Shown here: positions 1 through 10,000 of the stretch, in pieces
How positions within the stretch are numbered: position 1 is the stretch's first letter
Layout of the letters: the number at the start of each line of letters is the position of its first letter
Assembly (NCBI GenBank): GCA_965203515.1
Contig: OZ241907.1
Coordinates: forward strand, 1,120,001-1,184,000
Direction of reading: 5' to 3'
DNA from: Spirochaetia bacterium
GTDB taxonomy: Bacteria; Spirochaetota; Spirochaetia; SZUA-6; Bin103
Length of the DNA: 64,000 bases
Notes under the pieces: model-generated
Told to the model about the DNA's origin: nothing
The model's input: only the letters and a program-made list of their open reading frames with translations
Databases searched by the model: none
Position numbers and translations under genes: made by a program

Positions 1-569
1 CCAACATGCCGGCCGACAACATCGACCGCGCGATCAAGAAAGGCGCCGGCGAGTTGGGCGGCAGCGAATTTCACGAGCTGCTCTATGAAGCGTACGGCCC
101 CGGCGGGGCGGCGATGCTCATCGAGATCCTCACCGACAACAAGAATCGCAGCGCCGCCGAGGTGCGCAACACGCTCGCCAAGCACGGCGGCAACCTGGGC
201 GATTCCGGCTCGGTTGCCTACCTGTTCAACCGGCGCGGCGTGGTGGCGATCGACGCGGAACGCCACTCCGAGGACGAGGTGATGGAGGTGGCGGTCGAGG
301 CCGGCGCCCTCGACGTGGTCGCGGACGACGGCTTCATCGAGGTTCTGACCGAGCCGTCGGACTTCGACGCGGTGCTGCAGTCGATCCAGGGCGCCGAGCT
401 GGCCACGACCGGGGCGGAGATCACCTGGGTCGCCGACGCGCCGCTGGAGCTGCCGGCCAAGTCGGCGGCGGCCGCGGTACGGCTGATCGAGCTGATCGAG
501 GACCTGGACGACGTGCAGTCGGTGGCCACCAACCTCGATCTCGCGGAGCCCGCGCTCGACGGCGACTGA
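1..569 (+). CDS. yebC: YebC/PmpR family protein, 5'-truncated by the window edge
   Basis: Motifs NMPADNIDRAIKKG, YEAYGPGG, ILTDNKNRSAAEVR, IEDLDDVQSV; precedes ruvC. Confidence 0.95.
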   Translation, partial: NMPADNIDRAIKKGAGELGGSEFHELLYEAYGPGGAAMLIEILTDNKNRSAAEVRNTLAKHGGNLGDSGSVAYLFNRRGVVAIDAERHSEDEVMEVAVEAGALDVVADDGFIEVLTEPSDFDAVLQSIQGAELATTGAEITWVADAPLELPAKSAAAAVRLIELIEDLDDVQSVATNLDLAEPALDGD

Positions 570-582
570 GCGCAGGGCAGCG

Positions 583-1092
583 TTGGCGGTCATCCTGGGC
601 ATCGATCCCGGACTTGCCGCGACCGGGTACGGGGTGATCCGCGTGGAGGGCAGCCGCCTGCGCCACGTCGCGCACGGCGCGGTCACCACCGAGCCCGAAC
701 AGGACCGCGGCGGGCGCCTGCTGGCGATCCGGGACGCGCTGACCGAGGTGCTGGCCCGCTACCGCCCGGATCAGGCCGGCGTGGAGTCGCTGTTCTTCTC
801 GCGCAACGTCCGATCCGCGCTGCCGGTCGCCGAGGCGCGCGGCGTCATCCTGCTGTGTCTGGCCGACGCCGGGATCGCCTGCGCCGAGCACACGCCGCTG
901 CGCGTCAAGCAGGCGGTGCTGGGCCACGGCAACGCCGACAAGCAGCAGATCGGCGCGATGGTCCGCATCCTGTTTCGGATCGGTGCTGACGATCCGCTGT
1001 CGCACCACGCGGCCGACGCGCTGGCGGTCGCGGTCTGCCACGCCCATTCCGTGCCGCTGGAAGAGCGCGCGAAACGCCGGCAGGACCGGTAG
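583..1092 (+). CDS. ruvC: Holliday junction resolvase RuvC
   Basis: ILGIDPGL..TGYG, ESLFF, ARGV, ADALAVA motifs; TTG start. Confidence 0.96.
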   Translation: MAVILGIDPGLAATGYGVIRVEGSRLRHVAHGAVTTEPEQDRGGRLLAIRDALTEVLARYRPDQAGVESLFFSRNVRSALPVAEARGVILLCLADAGIACAEHTPLRVKQAVLGHGNADKQQIGAMVRILFRIGADDPLSHHAADALAVAVCHAHSVPLEERAKRRQDR

Positions 1093-1100
1093 CGAACGAG

Positions 1101-1685
1101 ATGTACAACAGCCTGACCGGCACCGTCACCTTCAAGGACCGCGAGCGGCTCCACCTGCTGCTGGCCGGGGTGGAGTGGGACCTGGCGATCTCCGGCAGCA
1201 CCGCGGACGCGCTTCCGGAGCGCGGATCGGAAGCGCGGGTGTTCACCTTTCTGCACCATCGTGAAGACGTGATGAAGCTCTACGGCTTTGCGTCCGGAGC
1301 CGAGCGGGAGCTGTTCCTCAAGCTCCTGCAGGTCAACGGCGTCGGCCCGCGCCTGATCATGCGCATGCTGTCGGCCGCTACCGAACGCGACATCCGCGCC
1401 GCCGTGCAGGCCGGTGACGCCGACGCGCTGGCCCGCGTTCCGGGACTGGGCGCCAAGAGCGCGCAGAAGGTCATCCTGGCGCTGCGCGGCAAGCTGCCGC
1501 CTCCCGCGGACGCGGCGACCGGGGTGGAGACCGAGCTGATCGAAGCGTTGACCGGTATGGGCTTCAACCAGCGAGAAGCCGCCAAGGCGGTCGCCGTCGC
1601 GGTAGAGGCGTCCGGCCGGGACGGCGACCGCGACGAGGCGCAGCTGCTGCGCGCCGCGATTCAGCTGCTGGGCGCCTCGCGGTGA
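1101..1685 (+). CDS. ruvA: Holliday junction branch-migration protein RuvA
   Basis: HREDVMKLYGF, LLQVNGVGP and VPGLGAKSA HhH motifs; operon context. Confidence 0.96.
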   Translation: MYNSLTGTVTFKDRERLHLLLAGVEWDLAISGSTADALPERGSEARVFTFLHHREDVMKLYGFASGAERELFLKLLQVNGVGPRLIMRMLSAATERDIRAAVQAGDADALARVPGLGAKSAQKVILALRGKLPPPADAATGVETELIEALTGMGFNQREAAKAVAVAVEASGRDGDRDEAQLLRAAIQLLGASR

Positions 1686-2734
1686 GCGACCGCATCGTGT
1701 CGACGCGGGCCGGCGGCGACGAGGCCGACGGCGAGGAGGTACGGCTGCGGCCGCGCCTGCTGGCCGACTTCATCGGCCAGAAGCAGCACCGCGAGAACCT
1801 GCGCGTGTTCGTCAGCGCCGCCCGCGACCGCGGCGAAGCGCTCGATCACGTCTTCTTCTCCGGGCCGCCGGGGCTCGGCAAGACGACGCTCGCGGCGATC
1901 GTCGCCACCGAGCTCCGCGTCGAGTTTCGCAGCACGTCCGCGCCCGCCCTGGAGAAGACCGCGGACCTGGTGGCGATCCTCACCAGCCTGGGCCGGCACC
2001 ACGTCTTCTTCATCGACGAGATCCACCGGCTGCGGCCGCCGATCGAGGAGCTGCTGTACACGGCGATGGAGGACTACGAGGTCGACGTGGTCATCGGCGA
2101 GGGGCCGAGCGCCCGCACCATCAAGCTCTCGCTGCCGCGCTTCACGTTGATCGGCGCCACTACCAAGACCGGGCTGGTGTCGGCTCCGCTCTACTCGCGG
2201 TTCGGCATCACCGCGCGGCTCGACCTGTACGACCAGGAGGAGCTGGAGCAGATCGTCGACCGCTGCGCGGCGCTGCTGTCGATGGAGCTGGCGCCGGAGG
2301 TAGGGACGCGGCTGGCGCGCAGCGCCCGCGGCACCCCGCGCGTGGCGATCCGGCTGGTGCGGCGGATGCGGGACTACGCGCAGGTGTGGGGCGACGGCAC
2401 GCTGACCGGCGCGATCGTCGACCGGGGCCTGCGCGCGCTGGGCATCGACCGCTACGGCCTCGACCGGACCGACCGCGAGATACTGTCGATCATCGTCGAC
2501 CGGTACGGGGGCGGCCCGGTCGGCGTGGAGACGCTGGCGATCTCCCTGGGAGAGACCGCGGACACGGTGGAGGACGTGTACGAACCGTTCCTGGTGCAGA
2601 GCGGCTTCCTGAAGCGCACCGCCCGCGGGCGCGTCGTGACCGATCTTGCCCTGCAGCACGTGCGGGGGGCCGCGTCCGGTCAGTCCGCGGTCGAACAGGA
2701 GGGGGCCGGTGCTCGCTCGGGACTTCTCTTTTGA
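1682..2734 (+). CDS. ruvB: Holliday junction helicase RuvB
   Basis: LRPR..DFIGQ, GPPGLGKTT, FIDEIHRL, GATT, RGTPR, EDVYEPFL. Confidence 0.98.
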   Translation: MSDRIVSTRAGGDEADGEEVRLRPRLLADFIGQKQHRENLRVFVSAARDRGEALDHVFFSGPPGLGKTTLAAIVATELRVEFRSTSAPALEKTADLVAILTSLGRHHVFFIDEIHRLRPPIEELLYTAMEDYEVDVVIGEGPSARTIKLSLPRFTLIGATTKTGLVSAPLYSRFGITARLDLYDQEELEQIVDRCAALLSMELAPEVGTRLARSARGTPRVAIRLVRRMRDYAQVWGDGTLTGAIVDRGLRALGIDRYGLDRTDREILSIIVDRYGGGPVGVETLAISLGETADTVEDVYEPFLVQSGFLKRTARGRVVTDLALQHVRGAASGQSAVEQEGAGARSGLLF

Positions 2735-3734
2735 GGTCCCGCCGCGGCTCATCGCGCAGCGGCCGGCCGCTCGCCGCGGCGCCGAACGGCTGCTGGTCCT
2801 GGACCGCGCGCGCGCCGGCAACCGCCACGCCACCATGGCCGAGCTGCCGGCGCTGCTGCCGGCCGGCTCGCTGCTGGTGCTCAACGACTCGCGCGTGCGC
2901 AAGGCGCGCATCCACGGCTCGTCCGAGAACGGCGGATCGGTGGAGCTGGTCTTCCTGGAGGAGATCGGCCCCGGACGCTGGCGCGCGCTGGCGCGGCGGG
3001 CGCGGCGCCAGCGCGTCGGCAAGCGGCTGCTCCTGCCCGACGGCGTGCAGGCGCGCGTGGTCGCGGCCGACGCCGACCGGCGCGTGCTGGAGCTCCGCCC
3101 GCCGATCGGCGAGGACTACTTCGAGCGCCACGGAACCATGCCGCTGCCGCCGTACATCGAACGGACGCCGGATGCGGATGACGACGAGCGCTACCAGACC
3201 GTCTACGCGCGGGAGTTCGGCTCGGCGGCGGCGCCGACCGCCGGACTCCACCTCACGCCCGACCTCCTCGACGCGATGCGGGCGCGCGGCATCGACATCG
3301 AGTGCGTGACGCTGCACGTCGGTCCCGGCACGTTCCAGCCGGTCCGCACCGAGCGGCTGGAAGATCACCGCATGCACGAGGAGTCGGCGGCGCTGAGCCC
3401 GCCGGCGGCGGCGGCGATCGAGGCGGCGCGGCGCGACCGGCGGGAGGTGGTCGCGGTCGGCACCACCGTGGTCCGGGCGCTGGAGTCGCGGCCGGCGCAT
3501 CACCGCGCCGGCGCGGTGACGCCGGGCCGGTGGCGTACCGACCTGTTCATCCGGCCGGGACACCGCTTCCGGGTGGTCACGCGGCTGCTCACCAACCTGC
3601 ACACCCCCGGCTCGACGCTGGTAGCCCTGGTGGCGGCCTTCGCCGGCCGCGAACGGCTGCTGGCCGCGTACCGGGAAGCGGTGGCGCGCGGCTACCGGTT
3701 CTACTCCTACGGCGACGCCATGCTGATCCTGTAA
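2709..3734 (+). CDS. queA: SAM:tRNA ribosyltransferase-isomerase QueA
   Basis: DFSFEVPPRLIAQRP, PLPPYI, YQTVYA, AAPTAGLH, VGTTVVRALE, YRFYSYGDAMLI; GTG 2709 chosen as start. Confidence 0.96.
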   Translation: MLARDFSFEVPPRLIAQRPAARRGAERLLVLDRARAGNRHATMAELPALLPAGSLLVLNDSRVRKARIHGSSENGGSVELVFLEEIGPGRWRALARRARRQRVGKRLLLPDGVQARVVAADADRRVLELRPPIGEDYFERHGTMPLPPYIERTPDADDDERYQTVYAREFGSAAAPTAGLHLTPDLLDAMRARGIDIECVTLHVGPGTFQPVRTERLEDHRMHEESAALSPPAAAAIEAARRDRREVVAVGTTVVRALESRPAHHRAGAVTPGRWRTDLFIRPGHRFRVVTRLLTNLHTPGSTLVALVAAFAGRERLLAAYREAVARGYRFYSYGDAMLIL

Positions 3735-3800
3735 CGATGTCGTCCGTCAATGGTTGGGAGAAAGGAGATGGGTGCGGCAGCGCGGCGGACGGCGCCGCTC

Positions 3801-3831
3801 GACCGGCGCGGCGGACCGTGACGCGCCGGTC
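3801..3831. terminator. 10-bp perfect inverted repeat between convergent queA and tmk; possible bidirectional terminator
   Basis: GACCGGCGCG (3801-3810) / CGCGCCGGTC (3822-3831); no U-tract. Confidence 0.4.
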
Positions 3832-3847
3832 GGCCGCCGGACCGCGC

Positions 3848-4507
3848 TCAATCGATCCCGAGCAGCGGCCACAGGCGCGAGAAGACCTCCTGCGGGGTCC
3901 CGGCGCCGTCGATCCGGTGCACCGCCACCCCCCGCGCCTGCAGCCGGTCGAACGCGGCGCCATAGGCGGCGAGCAGTCGCCGCTGGGTCGCGATCCCGTC
4001 GAATCGCTGCCGTGCGGCGCCGCGCGCGCGCAACCGTTCCTGGCACAGCGCGACGGGGGTATTCAGAAACACCACGCGCTCGGGCAGCGCGGCGGTATCG
4101 TTGACCGCCTCGATGTAGTCAGGGGGGACCTGGAGGCTCTGATAGGCCAGGCTGGAGGCGATGCACCGATCGCTGATCACCAGTTCGCCGGCGGCGCGGC
4201 GCTCGATGATGCCGCCCGCGCCGTGGCAGTGCTCGGCCCGGTCAGCCGCGAACAGCAGCGTGAACGCCCGGCCGGAGAGCGGCCGGCCCGACTCCAGCAG
4301 CGTGCGGATGAGCCGCCCGATCGGCCCGTCGGTCGGCTCGCGCGTGCGGAAGTGGCGCACGCCGCGCGCGCGCAGCCGGTCGGCGGCCAGCGCCACCTGC
4401 GTGGTGGTGCCGGCGCCGTCGAGCCCTTCGACCGCGACGAATCCCGGCAAGATGCGTGCCTGCAAGATCTGCTCCGCCCCGGTGCGGGTACCGCGTCGGC
4501 CCTTCAC
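3848..4507 (-). CDS. tmk: Thymidylate kinase
   Basis: FVAVEGLDGAGTTTQ, TREP, LLFAADRAEH, VISDR...SSLAYQ; start position uncertain. Confidence 0.92.
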   Translation of the reverse strand: MKGRRGTRTGAEQILQARILPGFVAVEGLDGAGTTTQVALAADRLRARGVRHFRTREPTDGPIGRLIRTLLESGRPLSGRAFTLLFAADRAEHCHGAGGIIERRAAGELVISDRCIASSLAYQSLQVPPDYIEAVNDTAALPERVVFLNTPVALCQERLRARGAARQRFDGIATQRRLLAAYGAAFDRLQARGVAVHRIDGAGTPQEVFSRLWPLLGID

Positions 4508-4527
4508 GCTATGATCGCGCCGATACC

Positions 4528-5009
4528 ATGATCGGACCGGTCACCGCGACACTATCGGAATGCCGCCGTCGTGTCTCCGTGCTGGTGTTGCTGCTGTCCG
4601 CGTTCGCCCTGCGCGCCCAGGAGGCGGACGCGCCGGCGATCGAGGGGAGTCCGGTCCGCATTCCCGACATCGTCATCACCGGCGCCGACGCGATCATCAT
4701 CGTGCCGCCGCTGCCGGTCCTGGCCGGCGGCGGCATACCGGTGCCGCCGGTCGAACTGACGCCGATACGGTTCCGGCCGTCGCCGGCCGATTGCGTGCCA
4801 CCGTCCGCGGCGGCGGCAGCGCGGCTGGGGGCCAACCGGAGCTCTGCGAGCCGCCGGCCCTGGTGAGGTTGCTGCCGTTCTTCCTGTCAGGAGCGCCGCC
4901 GCGGCCGGCGATGGACGATCTGGGGGTCCGCTACCCGGCGCCGGGTAGCGGCGGCGCCGGCGTCCGGCATGACGGGGCCCGGCATGACGACGAAAATGAC
5001 GAAACGTGA
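4528..5009 (+). CDS. Hypothetical exported proline-rich protein, apparently frameshifted at a G5 run (4827-4831)
   Basis: Signal-like VSVLVLLLSAFALRAQ; high-GC3 codons continue in another frame after CTGGGGG (GQPELCEPPALVRLLPFFL...DET*). Confidence 0.55.
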
Positions 5010-5039
5010 CGGAACTGCTCGGAACGAGGGAGGGGACGA

Positions 5040-5684
5040 GTGATAGAGTTCATCTTGCGCGGCGGGGTATTCCTGTGGCCGATCGGCCTGCTGTCGGTCG
5101 GGGCGCTGTACCTGATCATCGAGCGGGCGATCTTCTTCCTGCAGTCGCGGCCGGCGCCGCAGCTCCAGCGGGCGCTGAACGACTTCCTGGGCGGCGAGCC
5201 GCCGGTGGATCTGGCGGAGACGCTGGCCGAGAGCAGCGCGCCGGAAGCGAAGCTGGCGCAGGTCGGGCTGCTCGCCGAGGGCGCTGACGCCGGCGACGCG
5301 CACCGCCGGCTGGAGCGGGCGCTGTTGGAGGTCGTCGCCACCCTGGAGCATAACGTGGCGCCGCTGGCGAGCATCGCCAACGTGGCGACCCACCTGGGCC
5401 TGCTGGGAACGGTGGTCGGCATGATCGCGGCCTTCATCGGCATGGGCGGCGTTGCGACCGCGGACCTGACCGGGCTGACGCAGGGCATCTCGCAGGCGCT
5501 GATCACCACCGCCGCCGGCCTGGGCGTGGCGGTGCCGGCGTCGTTCTTCCACCACCTGTACGCCAATCACGTGAAGAAGCGGATTGCGGAGTTGAACGTC
5601 ACCACCTCCGAGCTCGAGTCGCTGGTAGTGGCCGTGACCGCTGTCGAGCCCGCTGTCGAGACTGCTGTCGAGCCGGGACGGTGA
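5040..5684 (+). CDS. exbB: MotA/TolQ/ExbB proton channel protein
   Basis: [43 protein letters not shown] upstream. Confidence 0.92.
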   Translation: MIEFILRGGVFLWPIGLLSVGALYLIIERAIFFLQSRPAPQLQRALNDFLGGEPPVDLAETLAESSAPEAKLAQVGLLAEGADAGDAHRRLERALLEVVATLEHNVAPLASIANVATHLGLLGTVVGMIAAFIGMGGVATADLTGLTQGISQALITTAAGLGVAVPASFFHHLYANHVKKRIAELNVTTSELESLVVAVTAVEPAVETAVEPGR

Positions 5685-6109
5685 GCGAGCGACGCGGCAT
5701 CCGGGTCACCGGCAGCGACCTGGGCGTGTCGGCCGCCCTGCCGCTCACCGCGCTGATCGACGTCATCTTCCTGGTCGTGATCTTCTTCATGATCAACGCC
5801 GCGTTCGCGGTAACCTCGCAGATTCCGGTCGATCTGCCGGACGAACCGGGAGACGCCGTCTCCGGCAACCGCTCGGTCGTGGTCACCATCGACGCCGCCG
5901 GCCTGATCTACGTGAACGAGCAGCCGGTCTACCTGGAGGAGCTGGTCGCCGTGCTCAGCGACCGGCGCGAGCAGGACCCCGACCTGGCCGTGTTCGTGAG
6001 CGCCGACGCCGCACTGCCGTATCAGAACCTGATCGACGTCCTCGGCGCGGTGCGCAATGCTGGCATCAGGGCGCTCTCCCTGGTGACCGATCCGGCTTCG
6101 ACGTCGTGA
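5681..6109 (+). CDS. exbD: ExbD/TolR protein
   Basis: [17 protein letters not shown] transmembrane segment with conserved Asp; VDLP; ADAALPY. Confidence 0.92.
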   Translation: MSERRGIRVTGSDLGVSAALPLTALIDVIFLVVIFFMINAAFAVTSQIPVDLPDEPGDAVSGNRSVVVTIDAAGLIYVNEQPVYLEELVAVLSDRREQDPDLAVFVSADAALPYQNLIDVLGAVRNAGIRALSLVTDPASTS

Positions 6110-7083
6110 AGGGCCTGCGCCGGCCGGCGTCGTTCGCCGTGTCGGTGGCCCTCCATTCCGCCGTTCTGATCATCGCCTCGCGCCTGCCGATGCCGCCGCC
6201 GCCGCGCGAGACCGTGATCGCCGTGGAGCTGGTCGCGGCGGCGCCGGCGCCGGCAGCGACGGCGCCGGCGGCCGAGGAATCGGCGCCGGAGCCCGACCCG
6301 CCCCCGGAGCCGCAACCAGAGCCAGAACCAGAGCCGGAGCCAGAACCAGAGCCGCAACCGGAGCCAGAACCGCAACCGGAACCGGAGCCGCAACCGGAGC
6401 CGCAACCGGAACCGGAGCCGCAACCGGAACCGGAGCCACAACCAGAGCCGGAGCCACAACCAGAGCCGGAGCCACAACCGGAACCGGAGCCAGAACCGCA
6501 ACCGGAACCGGAGCCGCAACCGGAGCCACAACCAGAGCCGGAGCCACAACCAGAGCCGGAACCGGAACCGCCGAAGGTCGACCTGGCGGCGTTGGCCAGG
6601 GACGCCGCCGCCAAGGCGGCGGCCGACCTCGCCATGCCATTGCGGGCGCCGTCGGTGCCAACGCCGGACGCGACGCCGCGCTGGACCTCGGAACTGGCCG
6701 CGCCGCTGCCGACCGAGGACGACACGATCGACCTGGCGGACGCGGCGCTGAACCGCTCCCTCTCCCCGGAGCCGGGCGCCTTGGCCGGCGGGGACCGGGA
6801 GCGGACGTACCGGTGCCCGGAACCGAGCGGGTACCTGCAGGATGGGAACTACCCGGAGCGGATGGCGCGGGAAGGGACCGCGGTCGTCGTCAACGTGACG
6901 ATCACGGTCAACGCGCGCGGCGTCGTCACGGAAGCCTCGGTCGAGGCGGATGACGAGTCCGGCTTCCCGACGATCGACATCGCCGCGTTGCAGGTGGCGC
7001 GCGCGTGCCGCTTCGACGCGAAGCTCGGCGCTCCCGACGTGCGCCGGCTCGTGCCGATCACCTTCGATCCGCGCCGGCGTTGA
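6106..7083 (+). CDS. tonB: TonB-family energy transducer
   Basis: SVALH anchor motif, long EP/QP linker, C-terminal YP..AREG...ITVNARG domain. Confidence 0.85.
   Translation: MKGLRRPASFAVSVALHSAVLIIASRLPMPPPPRETVIAVELVAAAPAPAATAPAAEESAPEPDPPPEPQPEPEPEPEPEPEPQPEPEPQPEPEPQPEPQPEPEPQPEPEPQPEPEPQPEPEPQPEPEPEPQPEPEPQPEPQPEPEPQPEPEPEPPKVDLAALARDAAAKAAADLAMPLRAPSVPTPDATPRWTSELAAPLPTEDDTIDLADAALNRSLSPEPGALAGGDRERTYRCPEPSGYLQDGNYPERMAREGTAVVVNVTITVNARGVVTEASVEADDESGFPTIDIAALQVARACRFDAKLGAPDVRRLVPITFDPRRR
6286..6573 (+). repeat. Coding tandem repeat (PE/PQ)n in the TonB linker
   Basis: Degenerate 6-nt units with ~18-nt higher-order period encoding EPEPQP. Confidence 0.95.
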
Positions 7084-10000
7084 TGAGCGACCGCAGGCGC
7101 CGACGTCTTCCCCGCGCCACGATCATCGCCATCGAGATCGCCGTGTTCGCCGGCCTGTTCGCCGCGGTCCTGATCGGCCTGGGCTACGCGCGCGACCGGC
7201 TCGACCGGATGGTCGGGCACCTGAAGGAGCAGGTATCCGGTCAGGTCGCCGAGCGTCTGGGCGCACGGGTGCGGTACGGCGCCGTGGCCCCGTCGGCGTT
7301 GCGCGCCCTGCAGGTCACCGATCTGGAGCTGGTCACCGAAGCGGGCGACGTGCTGCTGTCCGCGCGCCGCCTGCGGGTCCATTACTCGCTGCGCACGCTG
7401 CTCAACACGCGCAGCGCGGTCGACGCCGTGAACCGGGTCGAGCTGACCGGCGTCGTCGTCGACATCGATCTGCCGCGCGACGAGGCCCCGGTGCTGGCCG
7501 CGCTCGCCGGACTCGGCGCCGCGGCCGACGGCGGCGTCGCGGCCGATGACGGCGCCCGGATCGGCGTTCTGCCGTGGCCGCTCGACATCGCCGATGCGCG
7601 CGTGACCGTCACCATCGGCGCCGACCGCGTGCACCTGGACGAGCTCTCCCTGCGGTTGGAGCCGGAAGCCCGGCCGGCGGGCGATCGCCTCCGCCTCGTG
7701 GGCGGCCGCGCCGGTCTCAGCGCAGCCCTGACCGTCGGCGGGCAGGCCACGGAGCTCGATGCTCGCCTGCGCGTGGACGGCAGCCTGGGACCGGGGCAGA
7801 CCGGCGCCGCGGCAGTGCGGGTAGGCGACGTGCGGACCACGCTCGGCACCCTGGCCGCCCGCGACTTCGAGGCCGTGTGGGACGGCACGGAGATCTTTCT
7901 GATGACGCCGGAGGGCGACGCCGGGCCGGAGCTGGCGCTCAGGATCGAACCGCAACAGGGGCTGCGGTTCGGCATCCAGGCGCAGGGCCTGAGCCCGTTG
8001 GACGTCTTCCGGCCGTCCGGTCCGCTGGAGCACCTGCTTCCCTGGTTCGACACCACCGTGAGCGGCGGCGCCGCCGTCAACGTCGATAGCGCCGGCGTCG
8101 ACTACGCGGCCACGATCCGGGTCTCCTCGCCGCCCGCTCCGCTCACCGAGCTGCTGGGCGTCCCCGTGGAGGGGGAGGTGACCGTGCGGGGAGACGCGGC
8201 GGCGGCGAACGTCGCGCCCCTCGTCCTGCACGCGGCCGACGGCTCCGTCCGGTTCGACGGATCGATCGATCTTGCGACCGGGCGCGCCGCGGGACGGCTG
8301 GTGGCGGCCGACTTCGATCTGGACGGCCGCCCGGTCAGCGCCGCCGCCGACGTGGAGGCCGACCTCCCGGCATCCCGGCTGACGCTGCGGGACGGCGTGC
8401 TGGGGATCGGCCCGCTGGCCGTCGGCGGCGTGACCGGCAGCGTCTCCCTCATCGGGAGCGCGGCAGCAGCCGGCGCCGGCGCACCGTCGCTGCAGCTCGA
8501 TCTGGCCGCCGTCCTGCCGGACTCGCCCGACGGGCGGACCACGGCGGCCGGATCGCTCACGCTGGGCGCGCGGCCCGCGTTCGCCGGCAGCGCCAGCATC
8601 CGGGAGGTGAACGCCGGCGTCCTGTATCGATGGCTGCAGCCGGCCGGCGCGGCCGATCCGGGGGCCGCGGAGCCGGCCGATCCGGGGGCCGCGGAGCTGG
8701 CCGGCGGGCTGGTCGTCAGCGCGGAGTTGGCCGGTTCGGTCGGTCCGGACCGGCTCGAGGTCGACGTCGCCGCTGCCTCCGTGACCGAGGCGGACGGCCC
8801 GCTGCGCGCCCGGTTCAGCGGAGCGGTGACGCGCGAGTCGGCGCGGATCGCCGACCTCGACCTGGCGGCCGGCGACTCGTTTCGCGCCGTCGGCAGCGCC
8901 GAGATCGGCGCCGACCACCTGTCGTTCTCAGGACAGCTCCATCTCGACGGCGAGCCGGTGCCGGGCCCGATCCGCATGCAGGCGGGCGACGGACTTACGG
9001 TGCGGGGGCCGTACGACCTGCTGCTGGAGCTGTGGCCCGGCGAGCGGCTGCCGCCGGCGGAGGTGCTGCCGCGCATCATGGCCGTCGGCGGCGGGCAACC
9101 GACGCCGTTCCGGCTGAGCGCCGCCGGCTATCCGCTCCCGGCGCTGAGCGACCGCGCGACGGCCGCGGTCGAGCTCGCCGGCACGGTGGCGCACCCGCCG
9201 GCGCTGCTGGCCGGACTCGGCCCCGGCGCGGAGCTCGATCTTGCCGCCGCCGGCGTCGCCCTGACCGATTCGCGCCTGGTCGTGCAGGACCTGCCGATCG
9301 GGGAGCTGCCGAACCGGCTGGAAGTCGACTTCGCCCTGGCCGGCGACCTGCTCACCGCCGACCGGTTTCGCTTCACGAACGAGTACTTCGCGGATCGGGA
9401 GACGGCGGTCACCGGCAACGGCGCGCTGCGCGTGACGACCGCGGACCGGCTCGGCGCCTCCGGACGGCTGCTGCTGCAGGTGGGGCAGGAGCGGTACGAA
9501 GCCGCGGTCTCGATCGCCGCCGGCGAACTGGAGATCGAAGCCGACGTGGAGCGGCTGCCGCTGGACCGGATCGCGGCGCTGCCGATCTCCGGCACCGCCT
9601 CCGGCCGGCTCCGTCTGACCGGACCGATCGCGCAGCCGGTGATCAGCGCCGAGTTGACCTCCTCCGACATACTCCTGAACGAGGACTACCTGACGCTGGC
9701 GGTGGCGGGCACGTATGACGGCGCGCGCCTGGTGATCGGCGACCTGGCGGCCGACTACCAGGACCACCGCGTGCGCGGCGTGACCGGCGGCGTCGACACG
9801 CAGAGCGGCACGGTCGCGCTGGAGGGCCGCTACGAAGGGGAGTACCTGGGCGGCCCGATGGCGATCGACCTGGCCGTGACCGGGTCCGCGTCGTTCGCCG
9901 CCGACCCGGCGCCGGACCGCCCGTTGCTCACGGAAGCCGCGCTGACCGTGGCGGCGACCGCGATCACGATCGGCGGCCAGAACCGAACCCCCTGGGATGC

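Noticed and set aside
6286..6573. Repeat arrays as possible CRISPR (also 21147-21434, 18762-18833)
   Set aside because: In-frame coding tandem repeats without unique spacers; no cas genes in the window.
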